Counted from the stretch's first letter, positions 29,923-41,365 are shown. The stretch is DNA of 64,000 bases from Desulfatiglandales bacterium (GCA_963662465.1 OY759599.1:4384001-4448000); one strand, 5' to 3'. Notes: generated by a model from the sequence alone, not told the origin. Numbers and translations are program-made.

Positions 29923-30331
29923 TTTTCGACGTTAAGTTCCCCCGCTGTCCAGCGGGTCTGTCCAACGTTTAGTTAACTGGAAAACGGGTTCAAAAAAATA
30001 TATTATCATTCCAGCTGGTGACTTCGTAGGAACCAACGCATTTCGGTTTATCTCCCAATACCAGTTTTCCAGTTCAACGGGGTGTTGGACAGAGCCGCGG
30101 GTCATCAGCACATACTTTGCCGGAAGCAGGAGATCGGCTATGGAGATTAAGGGAGCTTCTCAGCTGTCGCGTGACCTCTTTTTAACCCGTCATGGCCGGT
30201 TAAGGATGATAAAATTCCTGCTTTCAATTGCATGATCCGTCAAAAACCCTGAAATATCGCGTTATTTATCCCTTTACCAAACGCCTCGCCATTCAAGTGC
30301 CTTTTTGAATATGCTCATGTTTATTATCGTT

Positions 30332-31531
30332 TTACGCTGCCTGTGCATATACCGTATCCGGGTCCTTATTGAACCTCGGAAGACTTTTTGACTTTCTTAC
30401 CGGTGCAACTATTTTCAACGTAATAAGACGTTTCCCGCAAACTGGGCAACAATCCGGTTGCTCGTCGCTTCGCTGCTGCCACAGACTCTGCCAGTCCAGA
30501 AATTCCGTATCTTCAAGTGCCGGTTGTCCCAGTATTTCCCGGCAGCGTGCCAGTTCTTTTTTTGCGTTGTGATGGTAAAGGCCGTATGAACGCACCATCA
30601 TGGAATTCGCCAGGGGAACGTGTTGCAGGTAGCGGCCGATAAAGGTTTGAATCGGCAAGGTAATGAGTCTTACCCGCTCACGACCGTAATTGAAGGTGAC
30701 GTTTCCGTTTTCAATGCGGAAGATGCGTTTATTTGAGATCGGTCCGCCTCTCAGATACCGGGCCAGGTAAATTAAGACCCCTTCTCCGTATGAATAGGTC
30801 TCCTTGAGTTTAACGTTCCACTTCTTACGGCGCCCCAACTTATTAAACAGGTTTCGCGCCTGCTGCGGTCCCATGCCTTCGGGCAGAATCAGTTCTTCAC
30901 GGGCAAGGGCTTTTCTCAAATAGTGGAGATATTTTCCTCGAAAAACCGCCCGGACAATGCCAAACGGCAGAAGAAACGTTTTTGATGAAGCAATCCACTC
31001 GCCGGCGGACAGACCACCGGCCGTCACCAAACAATGCAAATGGGGATGAAAATCCAATTTTCGGCTCCAGGTATGCAACGAGGCAATGATGCCGACTTTG
31101 GCCCCCAAATGCTTCGGGTCTCCAAGGAGTTCGGAAAGGGTCTCGGTCGCGCTTTTGAACAGCAGATTAGCCATGACTTTACGGTTCAGCCGCCATAAGT
31201 CATGCAATTCATCGGAGATGGTGAAAATAACGTGGAAATGCTCGGCACTCAGGAGTCGGGCCTTTTGTTTCGCCAGCCACCGCTCAACCTGGGTGAAGGC
31301 GCAGAGTGGGCACATACGGTGTTTACACGAGTTATACCAGACCCTCTGGAAGTGACCATCCGGACATGCCTGGACGTGCCCCCCCAGAATGGACGTGCGG
31401 CAGGACATCAGACGATGAGCCGCCTCACGAATATGTTCCGGAAGACAATGCGTCTGATTATAGAGGGCATAGCCAAGAAGAAAGATGCCCTGAATCGTCG
31501 TTTCCACTGCGATTTCACCTATTTCTACCAA
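30332..31531 (-). CDS. IS91-family transposase, copy 7
   Basis: Identical translation. Confidence 0.92.
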   Translation of the reverse strand: MVEIGEIAVETTIQGIFLLGYALYNQTHCLPEHIREAAHRLMSCRTSILGGHVQACPDGHFQRVWYNSCKHRMCPLCAFTQVERWLAKQKARLLSAEHFHVIFTISDELHDLWRLNRKVMANLLFKSATETLSELLGDPKHLGAKVGIIASLHTWSRKLDFHPHLHCLVTAGGLSAGEWIASSKTFLLPFGIVRAVFRGKYLHYLRKALAREELILPEGMGPQQARNLFNKLGRRKKWNVKLKETYSYGEGVLIYLARYLRGGPISNKRIFRIENGNVTFNYGRERVRLITLPIQTFIGRYLQHVPLANSMMVRSYGLYHHNAKKELARCREILGQPALEDTEFLDWQSLWQQRSDEQPDCCPVCGKRLITLKIVAPVRKSKSLPRFNKDPDTVYAQAA

Positions 31532-31940
31532 TTTTCGACGTTAAGTTCCCCCGCTGTCCAGCGGGTCTGTCCAACGTTTAGTTAACTGGAAAACGGGTTC
31601 AAAAAAATATATTATCATTCCAGCTGGTGACTTCGTAGGAACCAACGCATTTCGGTTTATCTCCCAATACCAGTTTTCCAGTTCAACGGGGTGTTGGACA
31701 GAGCCGCGGGTCATCAGCACATACTTTGCCGGAAGCAGGAGATCGGCTATGGAGATTAAGGGAGCTTCTCAGCTGTCGCGTGACCTCTTTTTAACCCGTC
31801 ATGGCCGGTTAAGGATGATAAAATTCCTGCTTTCAATTGCATGATCCGTCAAAAACCCTGAAATATCGCGTTATTTATCCCTTTACCAAACGCCTCGCCA
31901 TTCAAGTGCCTTTTTGAATATGCTCATGTTTATTATCGTT

Positions 31941-33140
31941 TTACGCTGCCTGTGCATATACCGTATCCGGGTCCTTATTGAACCTCGGAAGACTTTTTGA
32001 CTTTCTTACCGGTGCAACTATTTTCAACGTAATAAGACGTTTCCCGCAAACTGGGCAACAATCCGGTTGCTCGTCGCTTCGCTGCTGCCACAGACTCTGC
32101 CAGTCCAGAAATTCCGTATCTTCAAGTGCCGGTTGTCCCAGTATTTCCCGGCAGCGTGCCAGTTCTTTTTTTGCGTTGTGATGGTAAAGGCCGTATGAAC
32201 GCACCATCATGGAATTCGCCAGGGGAACGTGTTGCAGGTAGCGGCCGATAAAGGTTTGAATCGGCAAGGTAATGAGTCTTACCCGCTCACGACCGTAATT
32301 GAAGGTGACGTTTCCGTTTTCAATGCGGAAGATGCGTTTATTTGAGATCGGTCCGCCTCTCAGATACCGGGCCAGGTAAATTAAGACCCCTTCTCCGTAT
32401 GAATAGGTCTCCTTGAGTTTAACGTTCCACTTCTTACGGCGCCCCAACTTATTAAACAGGTTTCGCGCCTGCTGCGGTCCCATGCCTTCGGGCAGAATCA
32501 GTTCTTCACGGGCAAGGGCTTTTCTCAAATAGTGGAGATATTTTCCTCGAAAAACCGCCCGGACAATGCCAAACGGCAGAAGAAACGTTTTTGATGAAGC
32601 AATCCACTCGCCGGCGGACAGACCACCGGCCGTCACCAAACAATGCAAATGGGGATGAAAATCCAATTTTCGGCTCCAGGTATGCAACGAGGCAATGATG
32701 CCGACTTTGGCCCCCAAATGCTTCGGGTCTCCAAGGAGTTCGGAAAGGGTCTCGGTCGCGCTTTTGAACAGCAGATTAGCCATGACTTTACGGTTCAGCC
32801 GCCATAAGTCATGCAATTCATCGGAGATGGTGAAAATAACGTGGAAATGCTCGGCACTCAGGAGTCGGGCCTTTTGTTTCGCCAGCCACCGCTCAACCTG
32901 GGTGAAGGCGCAGAGTGGGCACATACGGTGTTTACACGAGTTATACCAGACCCTCTGGAAGTGACCATCCGGACATGCCTGGACGTGCCCCCCCAGAATG
33001 GACGTGCGGCAGGACATCAGACGATGAGCCGCCTCACGAATATGTTCCGGAAGACAATGCGTCTGATTATAGAGGGCATAGCCAAGAAGAAAGATGCCCT
33101 GAATCGTCGTTTCCACTGCGATTTCACCTATTTCTACCAA
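31941..33140 (-). CDS. IS91-family transposase, copy 6
   Basis: Identical translation. Confidence 0.92.
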   Translation of the reverse strand: MVEIGEIAVETTIQGIFLLGYALYNQTHCLPEHIREAAHRLMSCRTSILGGHVQACPDGHFQRVWYNSCKHRMCPLCAFTQVERWLAKQKARLLSAEHFHVIFTISDELHDLWRLNRKVMANLLFKSATETLSELLGDPKHLGAKVGIIASLHTWSRKLDFHPHLHCLVTAGGLSAGEWIASSKTFLLPFGIVRAVFRGKYLHYLRKALAREELILPEGMGPQQARNLFNKLGRRKKWNVKLKETYSYGEGVLIYLARYLRGGPISNKRIFRIENGNVTFNYGRERVRLITLPIQTFIGRYLQHVPLANSMMVRSYGLYHHNAKKELARCREILGQPALEDTEFLDWQSLWQQRSDEQPDCCPVCGKRLITLKIVAPVRKSKSLPRFNKDPDTVYAQAA

Positions 33141-33549
33141 TTTTCGACGTTAAGTTCCCCCGCTGTCCAGCGGGTCTGTCCAACGTTTAGTTAACTGGAA
33201 AACGGGTTCAAAAAAATATATTATCATTCCAGCTGGTGACTTCGTAGGAACCAACGCATTTCGGTTTATCTCCCAATACCAGTTTTCCAGTTCAACGGGG
33301 TGTTGGACAGAGCCGCGGGTCATCAGCACATACTTTGCCGGAAGCAGGAGATCGGCTATGGAGATTAAGGGAGCTTCTCAGCTGTCGCGTGACCTCTTTT
33401 TAACCCGTCATGGCCGGTTAAGGATGATAAAATTCCTGCTTTCAATTGCATGATCCGTCAAAAACCCTGAAATATCGCGTTATTTATCCCTTTACCAAAC
33501 GCCTCGCCATTCAAGTGCCTTTTTGAATATGCTCATGTTTATTATCGTT

Positions 33550-34749
33550 TTACGCTGCCTGTGCATATACCGTATCCGGGTCCTTATTGAACCTCGGAAG
33601 ACTTTTTGACTTTCTTACCGGTGCAACTATTTTCAACGTAATAAGACGTTTCCCGCAAACTGGGCAACAATCCGGTTGCTCGTCGCTTCGCTGCTGCCAC
33701 AGACTCTGCCAGTCCAGAAATTCCGTATCTTCAAGTGCCGGTTGTCCCAGTATTTCCCGGCAGCGTGCCAGTTCTTTTTTTGCGTTGTGATGGTAAAGGC
33801 CGTATGAACGCACCATCATGGAATTCGCCAGGGGAACGTGTTGCAGGTAGCGGCCGATAAAGGTTTGAATCGGCAAGGTAATGAGTCTTACCCGCTCACG
33901 ACCGTAATTGAAGGTGACGTTTCCGTTTTCAATGCGGAAGATGCGTTTATTTGAGATCGGTCCGCCTCTCAGATACCGGGCCAGGTAAATTAAGACCCCT
34001 TCTCCGTATGAATAGGTCTCCTTGAGTTTAACGTTCCACTTCTTACGGCGCCCCAACTTATTAAACAGGTTTCGCGCCTGCTGCGGTCCCATGCCTTCGG
34101 GCAGAATCAGTTCTTCACGGGCAAGGGCTTTTCTCAAATAGTGGAGATATTTTCCTCGAAAAACCGCCCGGACAATGCCAAACGGCAGAAGAAACGTTTT
34201 TGATGAAGCAATCCACTCGCCGGCGGACAGACCACCGGCCGTCACCAAACAATGCAAATGGGGATGAAAATCCAATTTTCGGCTCCAGGTATGCAACGAG
34301 GCAATGATGCCGACTTTGGCCCCCAAATGCTTCGGGTCTCCAAGGAGTTCGGAAAGGGTCTCGGTCGCGCTTTTGAACAGCAGATTAGCCATGACTTTAC
34401 GGTTCAGCCGCCATAAGTCATGCAATTCATCGGAGATGGTGAAAATAACGTGGAAATGCTCGGCACTCAGGAGTCGGGCCTTTTGTTTCGCCAGCCACCG
34501 CTCAACCTGGGTGAAGGCGCAGAGTGGGCACATACGGTGTTTACACGAGTTATACCAGACCCTCTGGAAGTGACCATCCGGACATGCCTGGACGTGCCCC
34601 CCCAGAATGGACGTGCGGCAGGACATCAGACGATGAGCCGCCTCACGAATATGTTCCGGAAGACAATGCGTCTGATTATAGAGGGCATAGCCAAGAAGAA
34701 AGATGCCCTGAATCGTCGTTTCCACTGCGATTTCACCTATTTCTACCAA
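33550..34749 (-). CDS. IS91-family transposase, copy 5
   Basis: Identical translation. Confidence 0.92.
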   Translation of the reverse strand: MVEIGEIAVETTIQGIFLLGYALYNQTHCLPEHIREAAHRLMSCRTSILGGHVQACPDGHFQRVWYNSCKHRMCPLCAFTQVERWLAKQKARLLSAEHFHVIFTISDELHDLWRLNRKVMANLLFKSATETLSELLGDPKHLGAKVGIIASLHTWSRKLDFHPHLHCLVTAGGLSAGEWIASSKTFLLPFGIVRAVFRGKYLHYLRKALAREELILPEGMGPQQARNLFNKLGRRKKWNVKLKETYSYGEGVLIYLARYLRGGPISNKRIFRIENGNVTFNYGRERVRLITLPIQTFIGRYLQHVPLANSMMVRSYGLYHHNAKKELARCREILGQPALEDTEFLDWQSLWQQRSDEQPDCCPVCGKRLITLKIVAPVRKSKSLPRFNKDPDTVYAQAA

Positions 34750-35158
34750 TTTTCGACGTTAAGTTCCCCCGCTGTCCAGCGGGTCTGTCCAACGTTTAGT
34801 TAACTGGAAAACGGGTTCAAAAAAATATATTATCATTCCAGCTGGTGACTTCGTAGGAACCAACGCATTTCGGTTTATCTCCCAATACCAGTTTTCCAGT
34901 TCAACGGGGTGTTGGACAGAGCCGCGGGTCATCAGCACATACTTTGCCGGAAGCAGGAGATCGGCTATGGAGATTAAGGGAGCTTCTCAGCTGTCGCGTG
35001 ACCTCTTTTTAACCCGTCATGGCCGGTTAAGGATGATAAAATTCCTGCTTTCAATTGCATGATCCGTCAAAAACCCTGAAATATCGCGTTATTTATCCCT
35101 TTACCAAACGCCTCGCCATTCAAGTGCCTTTTTGAATATGCTCATGTTTATTATCGTT

Positions 35159-36358
35159 TTACGCTGCCTGTGCATATACCGTATCCGGGTCCTTATTGAA
35201 CCTCGGAAGACTTTTTGACTTTCTTACCGGTGCAACTATTTTCAACGTAATAAGACGTTTCCCGCAAACTGGGCAACAATCCGGTTGCTCGTCGCTTCGC
35301 TGCTGCCACAGACTCTGCCAGTCCAGAAATTCCGTATCTTCAAGTGCCGGTTGTCCCAGTATTTCCCGGCAGCGTGCCAGTTCTTTTTTTGCGTTGTGAT
35401 GGTAAAGGCCGTATGAACGCACCATCATGGAATTCGCCAGGGGAACGTGTTGCAGGTAGCGGCCGATAAAGGTTTGAATCGGCAAGGTAATGAGTCTTAC
35501 CCGCTCACGACCGTAATTGAAGGTGACGTTTCCGTTTTCAATGCGGAAGATGCGTTTATTTGAGATCGGTCCGCCTCTCAGATACCGGGCCAGGTAAATT
35601 AAGACCCCTTCTCCGTATGAATAGGTCTCCTTGAGTTTAACGTTCCACTTCTTACGGCGCCCCAACTTATTAAACAGGTTTCGCGCCTGCTGCGGTCCCA
35701 TGCCTTCGGGCAGAATCAGTTCTTCACGGGCAAGGGCTTTTCTCAAATAGTGGAGATATTTTCCTCGAAAAACCGCCCGGACAATGCCAAACGGCAGAAG
35801 AAACGTTTTTGATGAAGCAATCCACTCGCCGGCGGACAGACCACCGGCCGTCACCAAACAATGCAAATGGGGATGAAAATCCAATTTTCGGCTCCAGGTA
35901 TGCAACGAGGCAATGATGCCGACTTTGGCCCCCAAATGCTTCGGGTCTCCAAGGAGTTCGGAAAGGGTCTCGGTCGCGCTTTTGAACAGCAGATTAGCCA
36001 TGACTTTACGGTTCAGCCGCCATAAGTCATGCAATTCATCGGAGATGGTGAAAATAACGTGGAAATGCTCGGCACTCAGGAGTCGGGCCTTTTGTTTCGC
36101 CAGCCACCGCTCAACCTGGGTGAAGGCGCAGAGTGGGCACATACGGTGTTTACACGAGTTATACCAGACCCTCTGGAAGTGACCATCCGGACATGCCTGG
36201 ACGTGCCCCCCCAGAATGGACGTGCGGCAGGACATCAGACGATGAGCCGCCTCACGAATATGTTCCGGAAGACAATGCGTCTGATTATAGAGGGCATAGC
36301 CAAGAAGAAAGATGCCCTGAATCGTCGTTTCCACTGCGATTTCACCTATTTCTACCAA
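35159..36358 (-). CDS. IS91-family transposase, copy 4
   Basis: Identical translation. Confidence 0.92.
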   Translation of the reverse strand: MVEIGEIAVETTIQGIFLLGYALYNQTHCLPEHIREAAHRLMSCRTSILGGHVQACPDGHFQRVWYNSCKHRMCPLCAFTQVERWLAKQKARLLSAEHFHVIFTISDELHDLWRLNRKVMANLLFKSATETLSELLGDPKHLGAKVGIIASLHTWSRKLDFHPHLHCLVTAGGLSAGEWIASSKTFLLPFGIVRAVFRGKYLHYLRKALAREELILPEGMGPQQARNLFNKLGRRKKWNVKLKETYSYGEGVLIYLARYLRGGPISNKRIFRIENGNVTFNYGRERVRLITLPIQTFIGRYLQHVPLANSMMVRSYGLYHHNAKKELARCREILGQPALEDTEFLDWQSLWQQRSDEQPDCCPVCGKRLITLKIVAPVRKSKSLPRFNKDPDTVYAQAA

Positions 36359-36767
36359 TTTTCGACGTTAAGTTCCCCCGCTGTCCAGCGGGTCTGTCCA
36401 ACGTTTAGTTAACTGGAAAACGGGTTCAAAAAAATATATTATCATTCCAGCTGGTGACTTCGTAGGAACCAACGCATTTCGGTTTATCTCCCAATACCAG
36501 TTTTCCAGTTCAACGGGGTGTTGGACAGAGCCGCGGGTCATCAGCACATACTTTGCCGGAAGCAGGAGATCGGCTATGGAGATTAAGGGAGCTTCTCAGC
36601 TGTCGCGTGACCTCTTTTTAACCCGTCATGGCCGGTTAAGGATGATAAAATTCCTGCTTTCAATTGCATGATCCGTCAAAAACCCTGAAATATCGCGTTA
36701 TTTATCCCTTTACCAAACGCCTCGCCATTCAAGTGCCTTTTTGAATATGCTCATGTTTATTATCGTT

Positions 36768-37967
36768 TTACGCTGCCTGTGCATATACCGTATCCGGGTC
36801 CTTATTGAACCTCGGAAGACTTTTTGACTTTCTTACCGGTGCAACTATTTTCAACGTAATAAGACGTTTCCCGCAAACTGGGCAACAATCCGGTTGCTCG
36901 TCGCTTCGCTGCTGCCACAGACTCTGCCAGTCCAGAAATTCCGTATCTTCAAGTGCCGGTTGTCCCAGTATTTCCCGGCAGCGTGCCAGTTCTTTTTTTG
37001 CGTTGTGATGGTAAAGGCCGTATGAACGCACCATCATGGAATTCGCCAGGGGAACGTGTTGCAGGTAGCGGCCGATAAAGGTTTGAATCGGCAAGGTAAT
37101 GAGTCTTACCCGCTCACGACCGTAATTGAAGGTGACGTTTCCGTTTTCAATGCGGAAGATGCGTTTATTTGAGATCGGTCCGCCTCTCAGATACCGGGCC
37201 AGGTAAATTAAGACCCCTTCTCCGTATGAATAGGTCTCCTTGAGTTTAACGTTCCACTTCTTACGGCGCCCCAACTTATTAAACAGGTTTCGCGCCTGCT
37301 GCGGTCCCATGCCTTCGGGCAGAATCAGTTCTTCACGGGCAAGGGCTTTTCTCAAATAGTGGAGATATTTTCCTCGAAAAACCGCCCGGACAATGCCAAA
37401 CGGCAGAAGAAACGTTTTTGATGAAGCAATCCACTCGCCGGCGGACAGACCACCGGCCGTCACCAAACAATGCAAATGGGGATGAAAATCCAATTTTCGG
37501 CTCCAGGTATGCAACGAGGCAATGATGCCGACTTTGGCCCCCAAATGCTTCGGGTCTCCAAGGAGTTCGGAAAGGGTCTCGGTCGCGCTTTTGAACAGCA
37601 GATTAGCCATGACTTTACGGTTCAGCCGCCATAAGTCATGCAATTCATCGGAGATGGTGAAAATAACGTGGAAATGCTCGGCACTCAGGAGTCGGGCCTT
37701 TTGTTTCGCCAGCCACCGCTCAACCTGGGTGAAGGCGCAGAGTGGGCACATACGGTGTTTACACGAGTTATACCAGACCCTCTGGAAGTGACCATCCGGA
37801 CATGCCTGGACGTGCCCCCCCAGAATGGACGTGCGGCAGGACATCAGACGATGAGCCGCCTCACGAATATGTTCCGGAAGACAATGCGTCTGATTATAGA
37901 GGGCATAGCCAAGAAGAAAGATGCCCTGAATCGTCGTTTCCACTGCGATTTCACCTATTTCTACCAA
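36768..37967 (-). CDS. IS91-family transposase, copy 3
   Basis: Identical translation. Confidence 0.92.
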   Translation of the reverse strand: MVEIGEIAVETTIQGIFLLGYALYNQTHCLPEHIREAAHRLMSCRTSILGGHVQACPDGHFQRVWYNSCKHRMCPLCAFTQVERWLAKQKARLLSAEHFHVIFTISDELHDLWRLNRKVMANLLFKSATETLSELLGDPKHLGAKVGIIASLHTWSRKLDFHPHLHCLVTAGGLSAGEWIASSKTFLLPFGIVRAVFRGKYLHYLRKALAREELILPEGMGPQQARNLFNKLGRRKKWNVKLKETYSYGEGVLIYLARYLRGGPISNKRIFRIENGNVTFNYGRERVRLITLPIQTFIGRYLQHVPLANSMMVRSYGLYHHNAKKELARCREILGQPALEDTEFLDWQSLWQQRSDEQPDCCPVCGKRLITLKIVAPVRKSKSLPRFNKDPDTVYAQAA

Positions 37968-38376
37968 TTTTCGACGTTAAGTTCCCCCGCTGTCCAGCGG
38001 GTCTGTCCAACGTTTAGTTAACTGGAAAACGGGTTCAAAAAAATATATTATCATTCCAGCTGGTGACTTCGTAGGAACCAACGCATTTCGGTTTATCTCC
38101 CAATACCAGTTTTCCAGTTCAACGGGGTGTTGGACAGAGCCGCGGGTCATCAGCACATACTTTGCCGGAAGCAGGAGATCGGCTATGGAGATTAAGGGAG
38201 CTTCTCAGCTGTCGCGTGACCTCTTTTTAACCCGTCATGGCCGGTTAAGGATGATAAAATTCCTGCTTTCAATTGCATGATCCGTCAAAAACCCTGAAAT
38301 ATCGCGTTATTTATCCCTTTACCAAACGCCTCGCCATTCAAGTGCCTTTTTGAATATGCTCATGTTTATTATCGTT

Positions 38377-39576
38377 TTACGCTGCCTGTGCATATACCGT
38401 ATCCGGGTCCTTATTGAACCTCGGAAGACTTTTTGACTTTCTTACCGGTGCAACTATTTTCAACGTAATAAGACGTTTCCCGCAAACTGGGCAACAATCC
38501 GGTTGCTCGTCGCTTCGCTGCTGCCACAGACTCTGCCAGTCCAGAAATTCCGTATCTTCAAGTGCCGGTTGTCCCAGTATTTCCCGGCAGCGTGCCAGTT
38601 CTTTTTTTGCGTTGTGATGGTAAAGGCCGTATGAACGCACCATCATGGAATTCGCCAGGGGAACGTGTTGCAGGTAGCGGCCGATAAAGGTTTGAATCGG
38701 CAAGGTAATGAGTCTTACCCGCTCACGACCGTAATTGAAGGTGACGTTTCCGTTTTCAATGCGGAAGATGCGTTTATTTGAGATCGGTCCGCCTCTCAGA
38801 TACCGGGCCAGGTAAATTAAGACCCCTTCTCCGTATGAATAGGTCTCCTTGAGTTTAACGTTCCACTTCTTACGGCGCCCCAACTTATTAAACAGGTTTC
38901 GCGCCTGCTGCGGTCCCATGCCTTCGGGCAGAATCAGTTCTTCACGGGCAAGGGCTTTTCTCAAATAGTGGAGATATTTTCCTCGAAAAACCGCCCGGAC
39001 AATGCCAAACGGCAGAAGAAACGTTTTTGATGAAGCAATCCACTCGCCGGCGGACAGACCACCGGCCGTCACCAAACAATGCAAATGGGGATGAAAATCC
39101 AATTTTCGGCTCCAGGTATGCAACGAGGCAATGATGCCGACTTTGGCCCCCAAATGCTTCGGGTCTCCAAGGAGTTCGGAAAGGGTCTCGGTCGCGCTTT
39201 TGAACAGCAGATTAGCCATGACTTTACGGTTCAGCCGCCATAAGTCATGCAATTCATCGGAGATGGTGAAAATAACGTGGAAATGCTCGGCACTCAGGAG
39301 TCGGGCCTTTTGTTTCGCCAGCCACCGCTCAACCTGGGTGAAGGCGCAGAGTGGGCACATACGGTGTTTACACGAGTTATACCAGACCCTCTGGAAGTGA
39401 CCATCCGGACATGCCTGGACGTGCCCCCCCAGAATGGACGTGCGGCAGGACATCAGACGATGAGCCGCCTCACGAATATGTTCCGGAAGACAATGCGTCT
39501 GATTATAGAGGGCATAGCCAAGAAGAAAGATGCCCTGAATCGTCGTTTCCACTGCGATTTCACCTATTTCTACCAA
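38377..39576 (-). CDS. IS91-family transposase, copy 2
   Basis: Identical translation. Confidence 0.92.
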   Translation of the reverse strand: MVEIGEIAVETTIQGIFLLGYALYNQTHCLPEHIREAAHRLMSCRTSILGGHVQACPDGHFQRVWYNSCKHRMCPLCAFTQVERWLAKQKARLLSAEHFHVIFTISDELHDLWRLNRKVMANLLFKSATETLSELLGDPKHLGAKVGIIASLHTWSRKLDFHPHLHCLVTAGGLSAGEWIASSKTFLLPFGIVRAVFRGKYLHYLRKALAREELILPEGMGPQQARNLFNKLGRRKKWNVKLKETYSYGEGVLIYLARYLRGGPISNKRIFRIENGNVTFNYGRERVRLITLPIQTFIGRYLQHVPLANSMMVRSYGLYHHNAKKELARCREILGQPALEDTEFLDWQSLWQQRSDEQPDCCPVCGKRLITLKIVAPVRKSKSLPRFNKDPDTVYAQAA

Positions 39577-39985
39577 TTTTCGACGTTAAGTTCCCCCGCT
39601 GTCCAGCGGGTCTGTCCAACGTTTAGTTAACTGGAAAACGGGTTCAAAAAAATATATTATCATTCCAGCTGGTGACTTCGTAGGAACCAACGCATTTCGG
39701 TTTATCTCCCAATACCAGTTTTCCAGTTCAACGGGGTGTTGGACAGAGCCGCGGGTCATCAGCACATACTTTGCCGGAAGCAGGAGATCGGCTATGGAGA
39801 TTAAGGGAGCTTCTCAGCTGTCGCGTGACCTCTTTTTAACCCGTCATGGCCGGTTAAGGATGATAAAATTCCTGCTTTCAATTGCATGATCCGTCAAAAA
39901 CCCTGAAATATCGCGTTATTTATCCCTTTACCAAACGCCTCGCCATTCAAGTGCCTTTTTGAATATGCTCATGTTTATTATCGTT

Positions 39986-41185
39986 TTACGCTGCCTGTGC
40001 ATATACCGTATCCGGGTCCTTATTGAACCTCGGAAGACTTTTTGACTTTCTTACCGGTGCAACTATTTTCAACGTAATAAGACGTTTCCCGCAAACTGGG
40101 CAACAATCCGGTTGCTCGTCGCTTCGCTGCTGCCACAGACTCTGCCAGTCCAGAAATTCCGTATCTTCAAGTGCCGGTTGTCCCAGTATTTCCCGGCAGC
40201 GTGCCAGTTCTTTTTTTGCGTTGTGATGGTAAAGGCCGTATGAACGCACCATCATGGAATTCGCCAGGGGAACGTGTTGCAGGTAGCGGCCGATAAAGGT
40301 TTGAATCGGCAAGGTAATGAGTCTTACCCGCTCACGACCGTAATTGAAGGTGACGTTTCCGTTTTCAATGCGGAAGATGCGTTTATTTGAGATCGGTCCG
40401 CCTCTCAGATACCGGGCCAGGTAAATTAAGACCCCTTCTCCGTATGAATAGGTCTCCTTGAGTTTAACGTTCCACTTCTTACGGCGCCCCAACTTATTAA
40501 ACAGGTTTCGCGCCTGCTGCGGTCCCATGCCTTCGGGCAGAATCAGTTCTTCACGGGCAAGGGCTTTTCTCAAATAGTGGAGATATTTTCCTCGAAAAAC
40601 CGCCCGGACAATGCCAAACGGCAGAAGAAACGTTTTTGATGAAGCAATCCACTCGCCGGCGGACAGACCACCGGCCGTCACCAAACAATGCAAATGGGGA
40701 TGAAAATCCAATTTTCGGCTCCAGGTATGCAACGAGGCAATGATGCCGACTTTGGCCCCCAAATGCTTCGGGTCTCCAAGGAGTTCGGAAAGGGTCTCGG
40801 TCGCGCTTTTGAACAGCAGATTAGCCATGACTTTACGGTTCAGCCGCCATAAGTCATGCAATTCATCGGAGATGGTGAAAATAACGTGGAAATGCTCGGC
40901 ACTCAGGAGTCGGGCCTTTTGTTTCGCCAGCCACCGCTCAACCTGGGTGAAGGCGCAGAGTGGGCACATACGGTGTTTACACGAGTTATACCAGACCCTC
41001 TGGAAGTGACCATCCGGACATGCCTGGACGTGCCCCCCCAGAATGGACGTGCGGCAGGACATCAGACGATGAGCCGCCTCACGAATATGTTCCGGAAGAC
41101 AATGCGTCTGATTATAGAGGGCATAGCCAAGAAGAAAGATGCCCTGAATCGTCGTTTCCACTGCGATTTCACCTATTTCTACCAA
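39986..41185 (-). CDS. IS91-family transposase, copy 1 (attI-proximal)
   Basis: Identical translation. Confidence 0.92.
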   Translation of the reverse strand: MVEIGEIAVETTIQGIFLLGYALYNQTHCLPEHIREAAHRLMSCRTSILGGHVQACPDGHFQRVWYNSCKHRMCPLCAFTQVERWLAKQKARLLSAEHFHVIFTISDELHDLWRLNRKVMANLLFKSATETLSELLGDPKHLGAKVGIIASLHTWSRKLDFHPHLHCLVTAGGLSAGEWIASSKTFLLPFGIVRAVFRGKYLHYLRKALAREELILPEGMGPQQARNLFNKLGRRKKWNVKLKETYSYGEGVLIYLARYLRGGPISNKRIFRIENGNVTFNYGRERVRLITLPIQTFIGRYLQHVPLANSMMVRSYGLYHHNAKKELARCREILGQPALEDTEFLDWQSLWQQRSDEQPDCCPVCGKRLITLKIVAPVRKSKSLPRFNKDPDTVYAQAA

Positions 41186-41222
41186 TTTTCGACGTTAAGT
41201 TCCCCCGCTGTCCAGCGGGTCT

Positions 41223-41263
41223 GTCCAACAGTCCTAATAGGTGGAAAATTTTCCACCTATTAG
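41223..41263 (-). other. attI site (crossover G41229/TT)
   Basis: Repeat identity ends at the GTT core (GGACT-GTTGGAC), about 135 bp upstream of the divergent intI. Confidence 0.8.
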
Positions 41264-41328
41264 CCCTATAACATGGAAAAAATTCCATCTATTGCCATAT
41301 TGAAGTCTAAAACATGGAAAAAATCCTA

Positions 41329-41358
41329 TTGACTTTTCCATCTATTGCGCAATATCGT
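41329..41358 (+). promoter_or_regulatory. Possible intI promoter
   Basis: TTGACT-N18-TATCGT just upstream of ATG 41366. Confidence 0.3.
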
Positions 41359-41365
41359 CAATAGC

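Larger units (their letters stand above)
28357..41228 (-). repeat. Eight tandem 1609-bp cassette units
   Basis: ORFs recur at exact 1609-bp spacing with identical translations; all boundaries fall at G/TT. Confidence 0.97.

Noticed and set aside
28357..41228. CRISPR array or repeat array with variable spacers
   Set aside because: The units are 1609 bp, protein-coding and showed no variable segment by eye; there are no cas genes.
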